Source of the DNA: Chitinophagales bacterium
Lineage (GTDB): Bacteria; Bacteroidota; Bacteroidia; Chitinophagales; UBA10324
NCBI GenBank assembly: GCA_013816805.1
Contig: JACDDS010000004.1
Coordinates: 38,051-102,050, forward strand
DNA length: 64,000 bases
Direction: 5' to 3'
Positions 37,401 to 45,317 of the stretch are shown piece by piece. A model generated the notes under the pieces. That model was not told the DNA's origin. It made no database searches and saw nothing but the letters and a program-made list of their open reading frames with translations. The position numbers were made by a program, and so were the translations under genes. Numbering within the stretch: the first letter of the stretch is position 1; every line of letters begins with the position of its first letter.

Positions 37401-39879
37401 TTTGTGATAGTATGTAACGCTGTAGCCTGAAACGATAGAAAATGTAAATAATAGTCGCAGCAATTAACATCAGGATAAACATTGCACTCAATTGGAACCA
37501 TACCGTCTTGTAAAAAAGTGTTGCCACATAAATCTGTAACGGCTTAATAATTTCACTCCAATGCGATCCATCTGTAGTGGCTTTTACACGAAAGGAATAA
37601 TTGCCGCCGGGCAAACTGGTGTAGTTTACGAACTCCCTGGTTCCGGAAGCAATCCAATTCTTATCGTACCCTTCAAGCATGTAAGCATATTGATTGTCGT
37701 GTGCGTTCAGCATATTGGGAGCACTAAAATCAAACGAAAAGGAGTTCTCCATAGCAGATAAATTCACCAGGCTATCATCCTTCCAACTCCTCAAATTGCC
37801 CAACACCTTAAAAGATGTGATGACAGGATAAAGGGGTTCAATTTTTTTTTGAATGCTGTCAGGATCGAAGAAGATGATTCCGGTATTTGAGGCGACATAG
37901 AATTTATTTCGTGTGGAATCAAAAAAGATTGAATTCATGGATCTTTCTGGCAATCCATCTTTTAAAGTAAAGTTTGTGAATTGAATAGTTTGAGGATTGA
38001 AGCTCGAGATTCCCTCCTCTGTTCCCATCCAGATTATTCCATTATTATCGTGGTCAATTGTCCAAATTCCTTCTCCTCCCAAGCCATCTGCCCGCCGATA
38101 CCTTCGGCAAATCTGCGAATTAAGTGAGCATTGAATCAAACCCGCCAAGGTGCCAACCCAAATAGTTCCATGATTATCATTGAACATGGAGACGATGTTG
38201 TCATTTTTTAGCTCATTATAAAAAGGAGGTGGAAGCTCAATAAAGCGTTCTGATTTATAATCAAAGCAGGTGATGCTACCTCTGGAATAGGCCATCCAAA
38301 TGTGACCCTCACCATCTTCTGCTGCACTATCAAAATGCCTGAAAGGAAAATGATGCGCTCCGCTATCCTCCATGCCATAATGAATAAATTGATTTGTTTT
38401 TCGATTCCAGCTAAACAACCCATACTGCCCCCACATGCCTATCCAGATTTGATGCTGGTAATCTTCGAAAAAAAATACAGCAGTGATGGTATCTAATAAG
38501 GGAGGATGAGGAATAAGAAATTTATTGATAGCCGGAATTTTAAGATTAATCGTATAGAGTCCAACATGCGCTCCGTTATCTACATCAGATGCTGAGACAA
38601 GTATGTTTTGAGGATCCAAACCAATTACAGACCAAAAAGTATTTTTCTTATTTGCATCAGGATAAGCATAACGATATTGCTTTAGAGAATGAGTTTGGAT
38701 ATTCATTATAAAAAATCCATTGGCAGTAGGGATAAGAAGGTTAGAGTCAACAAGAATTACTTGGATTATTGCATTTTTAATATCGGGCGCTTCAGGAAAA
38801 TAGTTTCCGAATTCTTCATAGAAATGAAACGGATTTTTATCAATTTTATATCGGGTGAGCGCATCAGAAGCAAACCAGATATTACCTTTTCTATCCTGCA
38901 TAAAACTATTGCACCCCCCCAATCCCTGCGGAAGCTCCGGAGATACATGTGCGAGTATGGTTTGAAATGTTTCAGTAGCAGGATCGAATAGATAAAACTC
39001 ACGATGCTTCGAAAGAAGCAGAATCTTTCCATCATGCAAAATAAGTGATCCGCCCGTGAGCAGCATTTCATTCAAAGCCGGATAATACTTCAATTCATTT
39101 TGCGTGGGATTGAATTTATAAATTCCATTATTGCCCGTTAGCCAGAGGTTTCTTAAGCTATCTTCACTCAAACCGGTATTAGTCACTTCAAACATTTTCC
39201 AGTGCTTAGGGTTGTGTTTTGAATTATAAACAGTTCCGCTTTCAGCATCAATGGCATTGAGCGAGCTATTAATGGATAACCATATGTTACCCGAATGATC
39301 TTCCAATAGTAGCCCCCCGCTTATCCAGTTAACATTTTTATCCAGCCAATAGAATGAATCTTTTTTATTCCACTTCCTGATTACGTTAAATTGATGATCA
39401 AATTCAATGAGGGCATCAATTCCCAATACCCATATATTTTTTTTATGATCTATAAGGAAACTAGATACCTTATTTCCTAATTCTGCCAGATGATCACCCA
39501 GAGCATCACGATGAGCATTTGTTCTCGGATTAAAAATCACTATACCATCGCGATTGGTTTGCAGCAATAAATTATTCTCAGCATCCTCTGCTATTTCACG
39601 AATCGCATTGATGTAGAGGGTTTTTTTCAAAGAATCAGAAAGGTAGATCGGGATGAATGTTTTACCATCGAAGCGGTTCAACCCATAACCGGTACCGACC
39701 CATAAAAATCCCTGATGATCCTCGTATAAAGAAAGAATAGATTGATCGGACAAGCCATCCTTTGTTCCGAACTGTTCAAAGCGAAATGAAGTGGTTTGAG
39801 AATAAGAAACACCGGTACTCAGAAAAAAAATGACCGTAAAGATCTTACCAGAAATCCGGAATAGCATACAGTGGTTCAT
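36799..39879 (-). CDS. sensor histidine kinase with a propeller + Y_Y_Y input domain (non-hybrid), second paralog
   Basis: 1026 aa with the same architecture as the second kinase (YAYMLEGYDKNW...YSFRVKATTDG). The sensor part is strongly diverged from it, but the transmitter is nearly identical. Confidence 0.85.
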   Translation of the reverse strand: MNHCMLFRISGKIFTVIFFLSTGVSYSQTTSFRFEQFGTKDGLSDQSILSLYEDHQGFLWVGTGYGLNRFDGKTFIPIYLSDSLKKTLYINAIREIAEDAENNLLLQTNRDGIVIFNPRTNAHRDALGDHLAELGNKVSSFLIDHKKNIWVLGIDALIEFDHQFNVIRKWNKKDSFYWLDKNVNWISGGLLLEDHSGNIWLSINSSLNAIDAESGTVYNSKHNPKHWKMFEVTNTGLSEDSLRNLWLTGNNGIYKFNPTQNELKYYPALNEMLLTGGSLILHDGKILLLSKHREFYLFDPATETFQTILAHVSPELPQGLGGCNSFMQDRKGNIWFASDALTRYKIDKNPFHFYEEFGNYFPEAPDIKNAIIQVILVDSNLLIPTANGFFIMNIQTHSLKQYRYAYPDANKKNTFWSVIGLDPQNILVSASDVDNGAHVGLYTINLKIPAINKFLIPHPPLLDTITAVFFFEDYQHQIWIGMWGQYGLFSWNRKTNQFIHYGMEDSGAHHFPFRHFDSAAEDGEGHIWMAYSRGSITCFDYKSERFIELPPPFYNELKNDNIVSMFNDNHGTIWVGTLAGLIQCSLNSQICRRYRRADGLGGEGIWTIDHDNNGIIWMGTEEGISSFNPQTIQFTNFTLKDGLPERSMNSIFFDSTRNKFYVASNTGIIFFDPDSIQKKIEPLYPVITSFKVLGNLRSWKDDSLVNLSAMENSFSFDFSAPNMLNAHDNQYAYMLEGYDKNWIASGTREFVNYTSLPGGNYSFRVKATTDGSHWSEIIKPLQIYVATLFYKTVWFQLSAMFILMLIAATIIYIFYRFRLQRYILSQKLRNKIAGDLHDDIGSTLSSIAIFSELANEEMKDKSGRTTGLLMSINENARTTMESMSDIVWAINPNNDRFENILQRMRTFASGILEAKNIDLKFDASPSLPGLKLSMEKRKNLYLIFKEAVNNVAKYSSSKTCTIKLWLEGKILNMQIEDDGTGFDLNDYAAGNGLANMKRRSEEMQGNLDISSIKEKGTAIHLSFSTT

Positions 39880-39938
39880 TCAAAGGAAAAGCAAAATAAA
39901 GATAGCACTTCATCCAGGACCTTGATCAAAGTAAGTTT

Positions 39939-40233
39939 CTATAAACCTGGACGAACAAAGCCAACAGCATGGTATCTTGCCACCCCTTTAAAATCATTTT
40001 TCTTTGACCATATGTTTAAGGTAGGGTTATATTCGCAGAAATCATTTCTATAACCTTCATTACCATTATCATATCCAGTCCCGATATATGCAATGTTTCC
40101 AATTGCAAAATCCAAAGGCGCCATATTTTGCTATACCTCCGAAATCGGCTCTCTGTCTCCATGTATCCAGCAATAATCCCTTCTGTAAATACAACGCAAA
40201 CAGTATTGCGATAAAAAGTGCAATTTTTTTCAT
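39939..40233 (-). pseudogene. Kelch-like repeat protein gene stump (frameshifted and 3'-truncated)
   Basis: The ATG at 40233 gives MKKIALFIAILFALYLQKGLLLDTWRQRADFGGIAKYGAFGF. The track ORF continues in the +1 frame with ...FAIGNIAYIGTGYDNGNEGYRNDFCEYNPTLNIWSKKNDFKGVARYHAVGF. Removing one T from the TTTT at about 40105 joins the two. The reading frame stops after about 1.5 Kelch units, 59 nt from the kinase gene start. Confidence 0.55.
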
Positions 40234-40257
40234 TGGAATTTTCTCACAAGAATTTAA

Positions 40258-40611
40258 TTATTTAATCACCTTCAATTTCTTTAATTCCTCTACAGAAACC
40301 GTTGGCGGCATTTCTCCTTTTTTCATTTTGGTGATCACCAGCTGCGCCACTTTCTCTGCATCTGCCTTTGTTTTAAATCCATCATTGCCCGGCATTGCCG
40401 GAATACTCAGTTGATGAATAACCAACTTGCTATCGGCATACAAGTCGTAACCAAAAGTTTTATCGGAAGCATCAATGATTTTATAGGTGAATTGGGTGTT
40501 TATTACTGCGCTATTCTGCTGCGAAGATGCAGGCGATAATGGTGCTGCCTGTTGGGCATGAAGGATATTTATTGAACAGTAAAAAATGGAAATAAAAAAG
40601 AGTGTTTTCAT
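40258..40611 (-). CDS. small secreted protein, DUF4907-like
   Basis: 117 aa with a signal peptide, then FGYDLYADSKLVIHQLSIPAMPGNDGFKTKADAEKVAQLVITKM. I recall this pattern as the Bacteroidota DUF4907 family, which is usually paired with Kelch proteins. Not verified by search. Confidence 0.5.
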   Translation of the reverse strand: MKTLFFISIFYCSINILHAQQAAPLSPASSQQNSAVINTQFTYKIIDASDKTFGYDLYADSKLVIHQLSIPAMPGNDGFKTKADAEKVAQLVITKMKKGEMPPTVSVEELKKLKVIK

Positions 40612-40893
40612 AAGATGTGATTAAAGAAGATTAAAGATTTCCTGAGGTGTATTTTCGAAGAAAGCTAATCATATTTTACAAGAAATCTTTATATAAAATA
40701 AAAAAATTCATCCTCAAATCTTATAGTTAAATACAGTAGTAAAATATAACAAATTGTATTTCCTCATCTGATTTTGTTTAAAAGAATGTACTTAGAATTG
40801 TTGCTTCGTGACAAGAATTGCATTGAAACAGGCCGTGTGATTACAGAAAATGGAATAACAGATCAGGAAACCATAATCCTCTGCAGAATCCCA

Positions 40894-42054
40894 TTAAGCC
40901 TTTAAAATAATCCGGAAGGTGGTGCCTTTACCAGGCTGGGATTCTTTTACAAATATTTTCCCTTTGTGATATTCTTCCACAATTCGTTTAGCAAGTGACA
41001 GGCCTAAACCCCATCCCCGTTTTTTTGTAGAATAGCCCGGTTTAAAAACAGTTTTAAACTTTGACGCAGGTATGCCCTTGCCACTATCTTTAATATCCAC
41101 AAAAACCTGATGCTCTTCTTTTTTCAGGAAAATGTCGATGCTGCCATTACCACTTATTGCATCAAGGGCATTTTTCATCAGGTTCTCAATTACCCATTCA
41201 AATAAAGGCGGGCTGATAAGCGCATCTAAATTATTTTCCTGTTCTGCATAAATATTGATGGATACTTTTCCCGAAGCTCTTCGCCGTATATATTCAACGC
41301 TGTGCTCCATTTCTATATACAGGTTGGTAGATACTAATTCCGGCTTTGAGCCAATCTTTGAAAAGCGCTGTGCAATCAACTCCAGTCGTGCTATATCTTT
41401 TTCAACATCGGGAATCACCGAGGCTGCACTATGGTTTCCCAGTATAAGCTTCATATGCTCTACCCAACCGGAAAGCGCGGATATTGGAGTTCCCAACTGA
41501 TGAGCGGTTTCTTTAGCCATCCCTACCCATACCCGGTTTTGCTCTGCACGCCTGGAGGTGCTGAATGTTAAATATGCTACCAGCAGGAAAGCCAGAATGA
41601 TTGAAAACTGTATAAATGGAAAATACCGCAGCTGTACCAGTAAATAAGAATCACTATAGTAAATGTATTGATGTGCATCAGCGGTATATTTAATGTCGAT
41701 TGGCTTGTGCGCTGCTTTCATTGATGCAAGCTCACGGCGTATATAGGACGTATCCTGAGCTGCGCGTAATGTATCAAGGTTTTTATAGCCCCTGACAATT
41801 CCACTATCATCAATCAGAATAAGAGGAACGGTTTCATTAGTTTCAATTACATGAAACATGAAACCAACATCTTCATTTCCTGTGGGGTTTCTGATACGCT
41901 GGTATACATCAGCAATCAGTTCCATTTTTTTTCTTTCCTCTCGGGCAAGCTTACCGGCGAGGAAGTTAGTATACCACACAGAAGCGGAAATAATAAGGAG
42001 CAACACAATCAGCAAAATCATCTTCCAGCGGTTCCTCTGTTCGTAGATGCTCAT
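40894..42054 (-). CDS. sensor histidine kinase (two TM segments, HisKA + HATPase_c), no adjacent response regulator
   Basis: 386 aa with H-box ETAHQLGTPISALSGW, N-box ENLMKNALDA, DSGKGIP and GWGLGLSLAKRIV. Its start overlaps the upstream stop as ATGA. Confidence 0.85.
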   Translation of the reverse strand: MSIYEQRNRWKMILLIVLLLIISASVWYTNFLAGKLAREERKKMELIADVYQRIRNPTGNEDVGFMFHVIETNETVPLILIDDSGIVRGYKNLDTLRAAQDTSYIRRELASMKAAHKPIDIKYTADAHQYIYYSDSYLLVQLRYFPFIQFSIILAFLLVAYLTFSTSRRAEQNRVWVGMAKETAHQLGTPISALSGWVEHMKLILGNHSAASVIPDVEKDIARLELIAQRFSKIGSKPELVSTNLYIEMEHSVEYIRRRASGKVSINIYAEQENNLDALISPPLFEWVIENLMKNALDAISGNGSIDIFLKKEEHQVFVDIKDSGKGIPASKFKTVFKPGYSTKKRGWGLGLSLAKRIVEEYHKGKIFVKESQPGKGTTFRIILKA

Positions 42055-44741
42055 CGGTTATCCCTGGGAAGCGATTTCGGTTTAAATATATTTTTAAAAT
42101 TACTTACTGCCTTCTGCTGTTTCTGCTGTGTATTGGTTTTCTCAGATGCAGTATTACTGCTGGTAATATCATCTGAAGAATCATTTTCAAATTGCAGGTA
42201 TTGAGCTTCAGAAGGAGCTTTCCAGTCTTTCATCTGGTTGTGGTTATCTGCCTGTTTATTAAACTCGTTATTCAGGGCATCCTTTAAATTATTTTTCTCC
42301 TTATGGAGGTCCTGTGCTATTTCTTCTTTCACCTTTTGCTTATCATACCTGATTAAGGGATTTCCTGCCTTACCTGCCATGGTTAAATAGAGGTTCAAAA
42401 ATCCCTGCGTATTTTGTTCTGCATCGTCCACAGTCAAGCTGCTTTTACGAAACTTTGTTGTTAGCAACTTGAGCAGGTTTAACTGCACTTTATAATCAAT
42501 ATCATTTTCAAAGCTATGGGTGCCGGAGAGCTGGAGATTCAACGCATTTGTAAAGATGCTTGTTATCGGGATGTTGATGGTTCTATCTTTTATTTCCACC
42601 TGGTTCTGCAATCTGCTAAACTGAATATTTTTTAACTCCTCTACTTTTACAAAACTCGCAAGCGCCATCATCGGTTGAAAATTATTCAGTTCACCGTTCT
42701 CTATAGTTACATCAGCAAGTGCATACAACTTTGAAGCATCGAAAATTTTTCCATTCCATGCGGCGTGCAGGACAATAGTTGATGTCACAAATCCCTTCAG
42801 ATTCTTAGACGTTAAGATACCCTGGCCGAAATTGTCAAATTCATAAAAAAGCTGGGTAATGTCAATTTGGTTCACCTTTGCCGTAAGGTCAAGCAGGTTG
42901 TGGCTTTTATCCGATATGTCCAGCTTTCCATTGGTAAGTAACGTGCCGTTTTGGGTATTCATACCCACATCATTAAAAAATATAATCTCACCGGGCAATA
43001 CTACATTTCCATGTAGGTTTGAACCAGAGAATTTTAGATAATTAAAATGTTCTACGTTACCTGTAATATTTCCCTGCAAAAAATAAAACACCGGCGGAAT
43101 GGAAAAATTGGATCTTCCAGGTGTATCATTGACCGTTGTAACAGAGGTTCCCACCAGGTCTTCCCATTGTAAATGGTGAGATGACAGCGCCACATTTGCA
43201 GTTATTTTTTGAGTGTTTCGGCCGGAAGTATTGAGCGAAGTGATTAAGAAAGGAATTACATTTTTAATAGTTCCCTCAAATTGCAGATCGCTCTCACGTG
43301 CATTGAATCGAAACTGCTGGAAGGAGATTTCATTATTATTAATTTGAAAACTGCCGTTTAAGTGTGTATAGACAGCTTTTGCAGTTGCCACCTTTACATC
43401 ATCCAGTTTAAAACTGCCACCAGCGGCTATGTTATTAAAATTTGATGCTGAAACCAAGGAGTTCATTGCACCCCTAAAATAAAACTGACTGAAGGATACA
43501 GAACCATCCATATCCTTTATTAAATCGGATTCAAGCATAGGTGCCAGATTCCTCAGGAAAAGGTTTCCGTTAAGATTAATATCAAAATAGGGATTCTCCA
43601 AGTTGCGAACTACTGCCGACCCCTCAATCCTGTTTCCCTGAAAAAGCGCAGACAGGTTATTTAATTCCACATAGGATGTTCCGCGGTTATGACTTTGGCC
43701 ATTTGAGTAAACCCCGTTAAGATTAACATGGTCAAAGGTGGCTTTCATATTATCGTGAGTTATTGACCCATCCTTCATTACGAAAGAGCAGTTAACCAGC
43801 GGAGATTCATCAGCAGAGTTATTACCTTTAATACTGAGGTCAAATCCTAAATTTCCGCGACTTGAAAAATGAGAGCAATAGGTTGCCAATTTTAATGGCA
43901 GCAGCGAAGCAATTTTTTCAATTTTTAATTCTTTTCCTGAAATGTGTAAATCAAGCTGATTTCCCTTTACCAGCGAAAGTACATTACCGTCAATAGCAAA
44001 CCGATTACCGGCAATCTCAACAGTTCCATTTTTAAAAGAATAAAAGTTTTTAGCAAGGTCAATATCTATTCGGCAGGATAATTTTATATCCCGTTCAGGC
44101 AAAAAGTCTTCTCCGTTTATGAGCAATTGCTTAGCTAAGAGGTCAGATTGAATGTCAAGTAAAAAATGATCTGATGAGAAGTCTCCGCTCAGAGAGGATT
44201 CATGTGTTTGTAAAACACATCGCTGATTTGAGCGGTCATCAATGTAGTCAATAAGGATGTTAGACAATATTGCATTATTAATATTCAGCCGGAAATCTGA
44301 TGGTTTCGAAGATGCAGTCTTTTTAATAATATCAAAGTTAGTTTGCCCCTGAGCTGTAACATGAATATTAACTGCTCCGTCACTCATAATTATCTTTACT
44401 ATTTTATAGTTGCTTCCAAGCAGATCCCACACGTTAAATAGTAATGAGATTTTCTGAGCAGAAAGCAAATTATTTTTTTCTGGAAGCGATTCGGTGATTT
44501 CTACCTGGTTAAACTGTAGAGAAGCATAGGGAAAATGGCTGAGGAAAGAAAATGAAACGTCACCATTCACCTTTACCTCTGTTGCGAGTTGCTTATTGAG
44601 TTCCCTGATGGCAATTCCTTTTATTGAATTTTCAAATGCAATAGTGATGAAAATCGCAGCCACCATCAAAAGCACCACCGTAATGGAAGTGACTTTTATT
44701 ATTGCCAGGAAAATTTTCGAAAACCTAATTGTACTCTTCAT
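42051..44741 (-). CDS. AsmA-family / AsmA-like C-terminal region protein
   Basis: 896 aa. A single N-terminal TM anchor is followed by a long beta-rich body typical of AsmA-like proteins. The call is by overall pattern only. Confidence 0.7.
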   Translation of the reverse strand: MKSTIRFSKIFLAIIKVTSITVVLLMVAAIFITIAFENSIKGIAIRELNKQLATEVKVNGDVSFSFLSHFPYASLQFNQVEITESLPEKNNLLSAQKISLLFNVWDLLGSNYKIVKIIMSDGAVNIHVTAQGQTNFDIIKKTASSKPSDFRLNINNAILSNILIDYIDDRSNQRCVLQTHESSLSGDFSSDHFLLDIQSDLLAKQLLINGEDFLPERDIKLSCRIDIDLAKNFYSFKNGTVEIAGNRFAIDGNVLSLVKGNQLDLHISGKELKIEKIASLLPLKLATYCSHFSSRGNLGFDLSIKGNNSADESPLVNCSFVMKDGSITHDNMKATFDHVNLNGVYSNGQSHNRGTSYVELNNLSALFQGNRIEGSAVVRNLENPYFDINLNGNLFLRNLAPMLESDLIKDMDGSVSFSQFYFRGAMNSLVSASNFNNIAAGGSFKLDDVKVATAKAVYTHLNGSFQINNNEISFQQFRFNARESDLQFEGTIKNVIPFLITSLNTSGRNTQKITANVALSSHHLQWEDLVGTSVTTVNDTPGRSNFSIPPVFYFLQGNITGNVEHFNYLKFSGSNLHGNVVLPGEIIFFNDVGMNTQNGTLLTNGKLDISDKSHNLLDLTAKVNQIDITQLFYEFDNFGQGILTSKNLKGFVTSTIVLHAAWNGKIFDASKLYALADVTIENGELNNFQPMMALASFVKVEELKNIQFSRLQNQVEIKDRTINIPITSIFTNALNLQLSGTHSFENDIDYKVQLNLLKLLTTKFRKSSLTVDDAEQNTQGFLNLYLTMAGKAGNPLIRYDKQKVKEEIAQDLHKEKNNLKDALNNEFNKQADNHNQMKDWKAPSEAQYLQFENDSSDDITSSNTASEKTNTQQKQQKAVSNFKNIFKPKSLPRDNR

Positions 44742-44962
44742 GCAGGTAAAATTATAATAAACACAACGCGATCAACCTGGGCGCCACCAGGGTTTTAAAC
44801 AGGAATATGTGAATTGAAGTATTCAGGCTTCAGTTATTTACTTTTCTCATTCAACAAATTACTTTACCCGCTCAGAAACGAAGATTTGCGGGCAGTATTT
44901 CCTGTTGCTATTTTTAAGATCTCTTTTGGTTGTTGTGATGAGAGAACTGAGAGGAGTTTTGG

Positions 44963-44994
44963 AAGGGATTCGTAGACGCATGCGAATCCCTTTT
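44963..44994 (+). terminator. orphan terminator-like hairpin in a 576-nt gap
   Basis: AAGGGATTCG(44963-44972)/CGAATCCCTT(44983-44992) forms a perfect 10-bp stem with a 10-nt loop, followed by TT then AAATT. No annotated plus-strand gene lies upstream. Confidence 0.35.
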
Positions 44995-45317
44995 AAATTA
45001 ATGTGGGTTGATAACTATCATTACTTAATTGACCATCGTTGCCAATTACTGTTTTAGGAATTATTCGTGTTTAATCCTACAAGCTCCAGCATCTTTTTAT
45101 CCGAACCGGTTGTAAATCCGGACACTATAATTTCTTCATCAGTTACTATCAATTGTTTAGTTTACTAGCAAACAAACAATTGTGATACGATAAAGGTTAA
45201 TGTGTAATTTCTCAATGGCATTCCAGCGCTTAATGATAAATTTCAGTACCAGATTTACATGTTTGGTAATTACATTTAAAGCTTTATAAAGTCTTTGCTC
45301 TTTTCTATTTTCACAGA

